From Candidatus Eiseniibacteriota bacterium (GTDB taxonomy: Bacteria > Eisenbacteria > RBG-16-71-46 > DASYSL01): DNA of 33,050 nucleotides. Under the pieces are notes generated by a model that saw only the letters and a program-made list of their open reading frames with translations, was not told the DNA's origin and ran no database searches. Shown one piece after another: positions 8,263 through 15,733 of this stretch; positions within the stretch are counted from its first letter, which is position 1, and the number at the start of each line of letters is the position of its first letter. Where the stretch lies: assembly GCA_046598045.1 (NCBI GenBank), contig JBKJJJ010000206.1, forward strand, positions 1 through 33,050, written 5' to 3'. The translations under genes and the position numbers were made by a program.

Positions 8263-9663
8263 CTAAGTCGAGGCCACGGCCGCCGGCCACCAGCCCTGCG
8301 TGGCCGCCGTCTCGCCCCACACCACGCCGGGCACGTCGTGCACGTGATAGGCCCAGCCGGTCGTGATCTTGGGCAGGAAGTAGGTCGATTTCTGCGGCAT
8401 GCGCTCGCCGGCTCGCGCCACCGCGAGCACCTGCGAGACCGGCGTCGGGTTCATCAGGAACGCGGCGTTCGGCTCGAGCGCGCCCGCCGCCCCCGCCACC
8501 GCTCCGGGGGCGTTTGCCTGGCCGCGCGCGGCGCGCACGGCGTCGGCCATCGACTTGACGTACTCGACGTGGCTCTGCGCGGCGAGCTTCTCGGCGGTGA
8601 TGCCGAGCGCCTTGCCGAGCACCAGCTCGTGCAGCTGGACGACGTCGAGCACCTGCAGCGCGCGCGGCACGTCCGTGCCCGCGAACGCGCGCTCGCGTGC
8701 GGCGGGATCGAGCACGAACCCGGTGAGCACGCGCTCGCCTGCGGTGACCGCGACGAACGCCCCAGCCGGATGGTTCGCCAGGAACGCTTCCGAGCGCCAC
8801 GCGGCACCGTCGGCGTCGGCGCACTCGCCGAGGCCCTCGATGCGGTACGTGCCGTCGAGCTTCTCCGCCAGCTCGGCCATGGTGAAGTGGCCGAGACCAT
8901 GCAGCACGCGGTGGGTCGGCAACACGAGCAGCCCGGGGTCGTTCGCCTCGACGAAGCACGCGAGCATGAAGTCGTAGGCCTGCGGGAACGAGGCCTCGGG
9001 CTCGGCGGCGCGGCGCTCGCGCCGATAGCGCAACGCCGACTCGTAGCGGTGATGGCCGTCGGCGAACACCAGGCTCTGGCCGCGCAAGGTGCGCGCGATC
9101 GCATCGGCCCCGGCAGCCCACAACCGCTCCTTGCCCTCCGCGGTCTGCGCGGCGCCGAGCGGAGCCTGCGCGCGCGCGGCCTCGACCGCGGCCTTGATCT
9201 CGCCCTGCGGGTCCTCGTAGAGGACGAACACCGCCGACAGGTTCGTGCGCGTCGCCGAGAGCAGGCGATAGCGATCCTCCTTGGGCGCGTTGAGCGTGCG
9301 CTCGTGGGCGAAAACGCCGCCCTCGCCGAACTCGCGCAGCTCGAGGAGCCCGAAGAAGCCCTGCCGCGAGAGCAAGCGTCCCGCGTGGATGAACGTCTGT
9401 TCGTAGGGGTAGAACGCCGGGGCCGCGTCGCGCGCAAGCGCCCCCTCCGCCAGCCAGCCGTCGAGGATCCGCCGGGCCGCTTCATAGCGGCTACCGTCGC
9501 CGGCATCGTCCTGCGGCAGGATCACGTGCGCCGGGTTGTGCGGGTCCTGAGCCAGGCGCGCGCGCTCGTCGGGCGCGATCACGTCGTACGGCGGCGACAG
9601 GCGCGCGGACAGGTCCCCCTTCACGGCGGGACGGACGGCACGGAACGGCAACACGTTGGGCAT
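8263..9663 (-). CDS. DUF1015 family protein (ParB/sulfiredoxin-like fold)
   Basis: Motifs SPPYDVI, HERT, FADGHHRYE and MPQKSTYFLPK. Confidence 0.92.
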   Translation of the reverse strand: MPNVLPFRAVRPAVKGDLSARLSPPYDVIAPDERARLAQDPHNPAHVILPQDDAGDGSRYEAARRILDGWLAEGALARDAAPAFYPYEQTFIHAGRLLSRQGFFGLLELREFGEGGVFAHERTLNAPKEDRYRLLSATRTNLSAVFVLYEDPQGEIKAAVEAARAQAPLGAAQTAEGKERLWAAGADAIARTLRGQSLVFADGHHRYESALRYRRERRAAEPEASFPQAYDFMLACFVEANDPGLLVLPTHRVLHGLGHFTMAELAEKLDGTYRIEGLGECADADGAAWRSEAFLANHPAGAFVAVTAGERVLTGFVLDPAARERAFAGTDVPRALQVLDVVQLHELVLGKALGITAEKLAAQSHVEYVKSMADAVRAARGQANAPGAVAGAAGALEPNAAFLMNPTPVSQVLAVARAGERMPQKSTYFLPKITTGWAYHVHDVPGVVWGETAATQGWWPAAVAST

Positions 9664-9669
9664 GGCGAC

Positions 9670-9698
9670 AGAATGCCTGCTCGGGTCCCGGCTTTCAA
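9670..9698 (-). promoter_or_regulatory. Sigma70-type promoter, probably giving a leaderless DUF1015 mRNA
   Basis: On the minus strand TTGAAA-N17-CATTCT-N6-ATG, with no SD. Confidence 0.55.
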
Positions 9699-9804
9699 GT
9701 GCCGTGCCGGGGCTGGTTTCGGCCCGGCAGGAGGGCTATGCTCCACCCGCTCCGCCATCGGATCGCTCGCACAAGCCCCTTTTCGTCCCCGAGGAGTCCA
9801 AGCC

Positions 9805-10326
9805 ATGAACCAGGCCACCATCCGCCAGAACTGGGATCAGTTCCGCACCGTCAACGGCATCGGATTGCGCGCGATCGCGCTGCTGCCGTCCGACCAGCTC
9901 GACGCACACCCCATCTCCGGCATGCGCACGCCGAAGGAACTCGTCGTCCACATGTACCAGAGCATCGAGGCCATCACCGCCGGCGTGGCCAAGGGGGAGA
10001 TCCAGGATTTCGAGGCGGCCGAGAAGCCGACCGCTGCATCGTTCAAGACCACGGACGAGCTCGTGGCCTGGTGCCGCACGCAGTGGGCTGCGGGAGACAA
10101 GAGCATCCAGGGGCTGACCGATGCCCAGGTCCAGGGCACCGTGAAGACACCCTGGGGTCACGACTTCCCGGGCTTCGTCATGCTCCAGATCCTGACCGAC
10201 GAGTACTGGCATCATCGCGGTCAGCTCTATTGCTACCTGCGCGCGCTCGGCATCGCACCGCACTCGATCTACGATTTCGACCACAACGAGCCGGCGTTCC
10301 AGCGCGCGCAGAAGTCCGGGGCCTAG
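9805..10326 (+). CDS. DinB/YfiT superfamily protein (173 aa)
   Basis: SD GAGGAG precedes ATG 9805. Motifs MRTPKELVVH and EYWHHRGQLYCYLRALG. Confidence 0.9.
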   Translation: MNQATIRQNWDQFRTVNGIGLRAIALLPSDQLDAHPISGMRTPKELVVHMYQSIEAITAGVAKGEIQDFEAAEKPTAASFKTTDELVAWCRTQWAAGDKSIQGLTDAQVQGTVKTPWGHDFPGFVMLQILTDEYWHHRGQLYCYLRALGIAPHSIYDFDHNEPAFQRAQKSGA

Positions 10327-10335
10327 CCGACTCCC

Positions 10336-11034
10336 GTGCCCCAGACTCGACATGTCGAGAAGCACTTCCAGGGCAGCGCTGCGGTCCGCGACGTGGTGAT
10401 CGGCATGGCCGATGGGTTGACCGTGCCGTTCGCCCTCGCCGCGGGCCTCTCGGGCGCGGCGGCGCATGCCGGGATCGTGGTCACCGCCGGCCTCGCCGAG
10501 ATCGTCGCGGGCTCGATCGCGATGGGACTCGGCGGGTACCTCGCGGCGCGCAGCGATGTTGAACACTACGCGAGCGAACGCGCGCGCGAGGTCGCCGAGG
10601 TGGCCGAGAAGCCGGACGCCGAGCGCGACGAGGTCTCGGAGGTGTTCGAGGGTTACGGGCTCAGCAAGGAGCACATCGCCCCGATCCTCGATGCGTTCGG
10701 GAAGGACAAGCAGGCGTGGGTCGACTTCATGATGCGCTTCGAGCTCGGCCTCGAGGAGCCCGACCCGAAACGCGCCCGCACGAGCGCACTCACGATCGCC
10801 GGCGCCTACGTCGCGGGCGGGCTCGTGCCGCTCGCGCCCTACATGCTCGCGCACACAATGAACACGGCGCTCACCTGGTCGGTCGGGCTGACCCTGGCCG
10901 CGCTCTTCGTCTTTGGCTGGGTGAAGGGACAGTTCACGGGCGTGCTGCCGATCAAGAGTGCGCTCCAGACCACTCTCGTGGGCGGACTCGCTGCGGGTGC
11001 CGCGTTCGGGATCGCGCGGCTGATCAGCGGCTAA
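10336..11034 (+). CDS. VIT1/CCC1 family Fe/Mn transporter
   Basis: Motifs DVVIGMADGL, AGSIAMGLGGYL, a Glu-rich metal-binding loop and MMRFELGL. Confidence 0.93.
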   Translation: MPQTRHVEKHFQGSAAVRDVVIGMADGLTVPFALAAGLSGAAAHAGIVVTAGLAEIVAGSIAMGLGGYLAARSDVEHYASERAREVAEVAEKPDAERDEVSEVFEGYGLSKEHIAPILDAFGKDKQAWVDFMMRFELGLEEPDPKRARTSALTIAGAYVAGGLVPLAPYMLAHTMNTALTWSVGLTLAALFVFGWVKGQFTGVLPIKSALQTTLVGGLAAGAAFGIARLISG

Positions 11035-12238
11035 AAGCGACCGCAGCGGTGGCCGTGGCGGCTGGGGCCCCGCCAAGGTCCGGCGGCTTCAAGGCGACCC
11101 GCTGCGGCTGCTTCGGCGCGAGCGCCCGCAGCGTCGCCCGCAACCCCTCTTCGACGGTCGCCTCCGCGGGTAGGGCGGTGACCGCTTCCCGCGCCCGGGC
11201 GGCGCTCACGCCGAGTCCACGCAAACCCGCGATCACGTCTGCGTCCCGCCCGGCTCGGGCGCGCTGCGCGGCCATGAACGCTTCTCCAAACGTCCGGTCC
11301 GCCTCGTACTGGTTGTGCGTTCGACACAGGAGCCTCACGCCTTCGGCGGTCGAAGTGCCCCCGCGCGCGAGCGCACGCACGTGATCGAACTCGAGGAACG
11401 CGCGCGATCCGCATCGACGGCCGTTCTCGCTCGTGAACGTGCAGCGGCCCCCGTCCCGTTCCCGGACGACTCGCCGGACATGGGCCGGAATCGTGCGCGG
11501 GCGCGTCGCGGCGCGCCCGGGCCGACGCGGGCGGGCAGTCGCCGCGAACTTTCGCTTTTCGAGCTGTGCGACGTAGAGGCTGAGCGCCCGGGCGAGGACC
11601 TGTTCGACATCGCCGCCGCCGAGCTCGCGTGCGCGCTCGAGATGGTCGCGGGTCGCGAGATCGATCGTGACGTGTAGATCGAAGCGCCGTGGCGACAAGG
11701 GCTTGAGCCTGCTCCCAACTTGCCCCGGGGCAAGTTTGCAAGCGTCGCGCTCGGGATTCACTCCGGCCACGACCGGACTCGGGCTCGGGCTCCCGAGTTC
11801 GACCACCGGCTCGAGAAACGTTAACTCTTCAGCGCGTGGAAACCGGCATGCCAGCATCGACTCGACCTCGACACGCGTCATGCGAGTCGCGGCGAGAACG
11901 AGCTCATCGGCATTCTGCGCGGTCAGGTGAGGCGCGAGCAGGCGCACCGCAGCCATGTGCAACCGCCCGTCCGCGAGCGCGGGAAACAGTGCCGGAAAGT
12001 CGCGCGCGATCCGCGCCACCTGGATGCGCTTGTAGGCCGCGTCCTCCGAGAGATGGAGCTTCTCGACGCAGTAGGCGAACATCGACGGGTAACCCGCCGG
12101 AGCGTAGAGCTTTCGGGCGTCGACCTCGGCGAGGTGAGCGAGGATCCGTGCGGTGACGCGGCGCTCACGAGAGACCAGCGTCGAGAGCCGGAGCTCGAGG
12201 GCGGCGTCGGCGATGTGGTTCAGGGAATACGTGTGCAA
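11024..12238 (-). CDS. HNH endonuclease with DUF222-like helical N-terminus, RHH-like middle and RuvA C-terminal-like tail (404 aa)
   Basis: Probable TTG start at 12238 (LHTYSL..). The N-domain reads LAHLAEVDARKLY..GYPSMFAYC..LHLSEDAAYKRI, the HNH reads RDGGRC..C..LEFDH..GG..LLC..HN, and the tail reads DVIAGLRGLG..A..AV..VEEGLR..L. Confidence 0.85.
   Translation of the reverse strand: MHTYSLNHIADAALELRLSTLVSRERRVTARILAHLAEVDARKLYAPAGYPSMFAYCVEKLHLSEDAAYKRIQVARIARDFPALFPALADGRLHMAAVRLLAPHLTAQNADELVLAATRMTRVEVESMLACRFPRAEELTFLEPVVELGSPSPSPVVAGVNPERDACKLAPGQVGSRLKPLSPRRFDLHVTIDLATRDHLERARELGGGDVEQVLARALSLYVAQLEKRKFAATARPRRPGRAATRPRTIPAHVRRVVRERDGGRCTFTSENGRRCGSRAFLEFDHVRALARGGTSTAEGVRLLCRTHNQYEADRTFGEAFMAAQRARAGRDADVIAGLRGLGVSAARAREAVTALPAEATVEEGLRATLRALAPKQPQRVALKPPDLGGAPAATATAAVAFSR
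11717..11736. repeat. Perfect 20-bp palindrome inside the HNH gene linker
   Basis: AACTTGCCCCGGGGCAAGTT equals its own reverse complement and encodes (K)LAPGQV. Confidence 0.95.
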
Positions 12239-12336
12239 GATTGCACCGTTCACGGGGGCGCGTGAACATCGGGCCTGAGAGGAGAACTTAGGCGATGCGA
12301 GGGACAGAATTGCGCAGGCGTGACCCCTACCGATGA

Positions 12337-12918
12337 CTAACGGAACTGCGCCTTGATCCGGCCCCAGGTCGACACGTTTGCCGGCGTGGGGAACTCGCCG
12401 TCGACGATCAATGTGACATCGCTCACCGTCAGCGACGCCGCGTTGTTGATCAAGGTGCACTCCGGGATCGCGGACTCCGCCTGCCCGCCCAGGTTGATCT
12501 GCCCGGTTCCGTCGAGCAGGAAATCCCAGGTCGGGGCGTGGAAGGGCACGAATGTCGAAGTCCAATCAAACGCCCCTGTGCCCAACTCCCCCGGACCCTG
12601 GGTGAACCACCAGTCCGCGCCCGCTGGCATCGAAGCGCTAAGATTCACGCCGATCGTGTAATCCCGGGGACCCGTCTGGCTGTCGCAGGACCACACCCCC
12701 GTCGTGCTCGTGCCGCGCACGCGGATACTGACTCCATGAATGACCGAGGGTTTCGAAGGTAGCTGAATGGTCGCGCTCTTGCCCCCGGCGGGCTCCGCTC
12801 CGTGCGGCCAGTAGAGGCCGTTGAGTTCGGGCAATTGAACCTCGACCACGGTGGCCCGTGCATTGCCCGCGGAGAGGAACCCGAGCAAGAGCAGGATCGG
12901 TGCGGCGAGTTTGCGCAT
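12337..12918 (-). CDS. Secreted beta-rich hypothetical protein with C-terminal TWGRIKAQFR motif (193 aa)
   Basis: SD AGGGAG precedes ATG 12918, and the signal peptide ends ..NARA. It has two Cys and ends PTPANVSTWGRIKAQFR. Confidence 0.85.
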   Translation of the reverse strand: MRKLAAPILLLLGFLSAGNARATVVEVQLPELNGLYWPHGAEPAGGKSATIQLPSKPSVIHGVSIRVRGTSTTGVWSCDSQTGPRDYTIGVNLSASMPAGADWWFTQGPGELGTGAFDWTSTFVPFHAPTWDFLLDGTGQINLGGQAESAIPECTLINNAASLTVSDVTLIVDGEFPTPANVSTWGRIKAQFR

Positions 12919-12970
12919 GGCGGACTCCCTTCTTCGAGTGAGGGTCAAGCCTAGCAAATCATAGGGCGGG

Positions 12971-13834
12971 CTAGCGTTTACTTTTCGGTGCCGCGACCGC
13001 CTCGTAATACTCCGGTCGCCGATCCCTGAAGATGTCGTTGCGCCCGGCGAACTTCTTCTCGCGCGCCTTCGAGAGGTCCAGCGTGGCCGCGAGCACCTTC
13101 ACGGCCCGCGCCCCGGCGCGCGCCAGCTTGCTTCCGTCCGGCGCGGCGATCTGCGAGAGCCCGGTAAACCCGATGCGGCGATCGGGCCTCACGTCCTCCC
13201 CCACGCGGTTCGCGGTCACGACGAATACGCGATTCTCGAGCGCGCGCACCAGGGTCGCCTGCTGCGCGGCGCGCGGCACGACCAGGTTCGACGGGTGCGC
13301 GATCAAGTCCGCCCCCGCGAGCGCGAGCACGCGCCAGATCTCCGGGAAGCGCCAGTCGAAGCACACCAGCATGCCGACGCGCGCCGGCCCCACGCGCGAG
13401 ACGCGAGGCGCGCGGTCGCCGGGCGCGAACCACAGCTTCTCGTCGTCGAACAGGTGGAGCTTGCGATACACGTCCTTGAGGCGGCCGTCGGGGCCGATCA
13501 GCGCCGCGCTGTTGTAGACACGCGCGCCGTCCTTCTCGGGGAAGCCCGCGACCACGTGCGTCTTCTTCGCCTTCGCCCACGCCGCGAGCGCATGCAGGCC
13601 CGGCGCGTGCGCGGGGCGGGCCCCCGGCGTTTCGGCGAGCGCACGCGCCTCGGCGCGCGAGGCGAACGCGTAGCCCGAGGTCATGAGCTCGGGGAACACG
13701 TAGAGCGCGGCAGCAGGCGTCACGCGGTTGGCGAGCGCGAGCGCGCGTTGGACGTTGCGATCGACGTCGCCGAATACGGGGCGGGTCTGGAGGGCGGCGA
13801 CACGGAACGGACGAGAGCGAGTGGGTCGTTTCAT
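12971..13834 (-). CDS. Carbon-nitrogen hydrolase (nitrilase superfamily)
   Basis: E-K-C triad in FPEL, YRKLHL and VCFDWRFPE, plus ANRVG and RRPE. Confidence 0.93.
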   Translation of the reverse strand: MKRPTRSRPFRVAALQTRPVFGDVDRNVQRALALANRVTPAAALYVFPELMTSGYAFASRAEARALAETPGARPAHAPGLHALAAWAKAKKTHVVAGFPEKDGARVYNSAALIGPDGRLKDVYRKLHLFDDEKLWFAPGDRAPRVSRVGPARVGMLVCFDWRFPEIWRVLALAGADLIAHPSNLVVPRAAQQATLVRALENRVFVVTANRVGEDVRPDRRIGFTGLSQIAAPDGSKLARAGARAVKVLAATLDLSKAREKKFAGRNDIFRDRRPEYYEAVAAPKSKR

Positions 13835-15021
13835 CGAGGCAGCGTCCTCATGTTGGCGACGGTGAGGAGGCAGTACGGGTCCGTGCGAATCGCCTCGAGC
13901 GCCCCTGTTCTCGTCCCGCCCGCCGGGCCCGTGAGTTCCGTCGCGAGGAGCGCCACCCCGTCCCAGGGCCGAACCCCGTCGTCAGGGCCCACACCCCAGG
14001 GCAACCGGAGATCCTGCCGGCCATTCTCCGAGCGCCACTGGAGTGCGGCGTAAAACATGCGGACCCGACCATTGGTCGTGTCCGAGAGTGCCGGGGCGAT
14101 CATAGCGCCGAAGAGGCCGCCCGCGAGGTCCTCCGGCGTCACCAGCTTCCATGCGAATCCGGGCCACGCAGTCGCGAAGTGCTGTTCAAGCTCCCCGGCG
14201 GAGTTCGGGACCGCGTACCTGCGAGTCCTGATCACGCGACGGTCGGCCGTCCCGGAATCCGCCTTCGCGGATCCGAGGAGATCCGACGACCCCAGCAGGA
14301 CCGCGCCGGCTGGAAGCGGGATCAGGTCAAACTGTTCTTCGAGGCCCGCGAGCGTACCACTCCGATTTGCTGCGCGCCATGGTCGGTCCACGAGCGGATG
14401 AGTCCGGTACGCTTCGTCGGTTCTGCCAGTCGCCTTCAAAAGAGATTCGTAAAGCTCGCGATAGATCGGCTGATCAGGAGCGAGCTCGACCGCGCGTGCC
14501 GCAGGCGGCAGAGCTCGGTCGTTATCCGGCTGGATCATCGCCAGGGTCTCCACGCGGTGGTCCCGATGATAGAACGACGCCTGGCCAATGAGGCGCGCCT
14601 TCCAGAACCACGCCGGCGCGAAACGGGGCGCGAGGACGAGCGCCGAATCGAGCAACGGGAGGACGGGATCGAGTCCCATCTGGTCGGCATGGATCGCGGG
14701 GGCACCGGTCGCTGCTCCCACCGTCTCGTATTGGATCTGGCTGGAACGAAGCCGGGCGAGCGCGACGAGGGCGCGCGCGTCTCGCGGGTGCCGGGCGCAG
14801 TGCGCCTCGAGTTGTGGGACGAATCCCCGCAAGCGATCGATATCCGCGTGCGCATCGCGCGAGTGGCGGAAATCCGGCTCCCGGCCGTCTTCGTCGAGCG
14901 CAGTCGCGAGCTTCTCGGCCCGCAGGACCAGTTCCGGGGCGGCCGCCAAGGGCGTCCTCACTCCGATGCACATCGAGGAGGCTGCCAGGAGCCCGACGAG
15001 ACCAAGCGTGGCGCGCCTCAC
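13831..15021 (-). CDS. Hypothetical exported protein with TPR-like helices (396 aa)
   Basis: GTG 15021 overlaps the hydrolase stop, and its own stop overlaps the nitrilase ATG. It has a signal peptide and TPR-like 'AL.LAP..A.AW..KA' and 'RAVELAPD' segments. Confidence 0.7.
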   Translation of the reverse strand: MRRATLGLVGLLAASSMCIGVRTPLAAAPELVLRAEKLATALDEDGREPDFRHSRDAHADIDRLRGFVPQLEAHCARHPRDARALVALARLRSSQIQYETVGAATGAPAIHADQMGLDPVLPLLDSALVLAPRFAPAWFWKARLIGQASFYHRDHRVETLAMIQPDNDRALPPAARAVELAPDQPIYRELYESLLKATGRTDEAYRTHPLVDRPWRAANRSGTLAGLEEQFDLIPLPAGAVLLGSSDLLGSAKADSGTADRRVIRTRRYAVPNSAGELEQHFATAWPGFAWKLVTPEDLAGGLFGAMIAPALSDTTNGRVRMFYAALQWRSENGRQDLRLPWGVGPDDGVRPWDGVALLATELTGPAGGTRTGALEAIRTDPYCLLTVANMRTLPR

Positions 15022-15713
15022 CTTCGAACCTCCACCGCCGCCCGCCACGCCGCCGCTTCGGGCGAAGCGAGGAACGCATGCTGCGCAGCCTGCATCTCGG
15101 GCAGGCGCCCGACGATGAAGTGGTCTGCGCCGTCGATCAGGTACTTCGCCTTGGGCTCGGACCAGCCGGGCCATGCGAGCTCGAGGTCCGCGAGCGGGCA
15201 GAGCTCGTCGTTCGTGCCCTGGACCACGCCCTTCGGGACGTCGCACAACGCGAGGTGCGAGAAGTCCCGCCGGCCCACGCCCGGCGCGACCGCCCACAGG
15301 AGGCGCACGCGCGGGTCGGTCGGACCGTAGGACAGGCACACGCCGCCGCCAAACGAAAACCCCGACAGCGCGAGCGGCGTGTCGGGGTAGAGGCCCGTCA
15401 GGTAGTCGATCGCGGCGCGGGCGTCGTCCTGCTCGCCCTTGCCGTCGTCGTGGGCGCCGGGGCTGCCGCCCACGCCACGAAAGTTGAAGCGCAGCGTCGC
15501 GAAGCCGACCTGCTGGAACGCCTCGGCGGTGCGGAAAACGACCTTGTTGTGCATCGTGCCGCCGAACAGCGGGTGCGGGTGGAGCACCACCGCGAGCGCG
15601 CGCGGCGCCTCGCCCTCCACGAACTCGAGCGTGCCCTCGAGCGCGCCGATCGCCGAGGGGATAAGGACCTTGCGGACGCGCGCGGCATCGGAACGGGTGG
15701 TCACGGGCTGCAT
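15018..15713 (-). CDS. Alpha/beta-fold hydrolase
   Basis: Motifs HPHPLFGGTMHNKVV, LRFNFRGVG, the nucleophile elbow GFSFG, GTNDEL and GADHF. Start ATG 15713 (alternative GTG 15704). Confidence 0.92.
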   Translation of the reverse strand: MQPVTTRSDAARVRKVLIPSAIGALEGTLEFVEGEAPRALAVVLHPHPLFGGTMHNKVVFRTAEAFQQVGFATLRFNFRGVGGSPGAHDDGKGEQDDARAAIDYLTGLYPDTPLALSGFSFGGGVCLSYGPTDPRVRLLWAVAPGVGRRDFSHLALCDVPKGVVQGTNDELCPLADLELAWPGWSEPKAKYLIDGADHFIVGRLPEMQAAQHAFLASPEAAAWRAAVEVRR

Positions 15714-15733
15714 GCGGTCGGGCGCAGGGTGAG

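Noticed and set aside
7993..9804. Long plus-strand upstream extension of the 777-aa ORF, and the many other long overlapping ORFs in the track
   Set aside because: These are shadow frames typical of very high-GC DNA. They are Arg/Ala/Pro-rich, have no motifs and lie opposite well-supported genes. Only 9805-10326 (DinB) is credible.
11024..12340. Classical IS element around the HNH gene
   Set aside because: No transposase, terminal inverted repeats or target-site duplication were visible, so it was not called a mobile_element feature.
12239..12565. 109-aa N-terminal extension of the HNH ORF
   Set aside because: It overlaps the 12337-12918 gene in another frame, and family-like sequence begins only at LHTYSL (TTG 12238).
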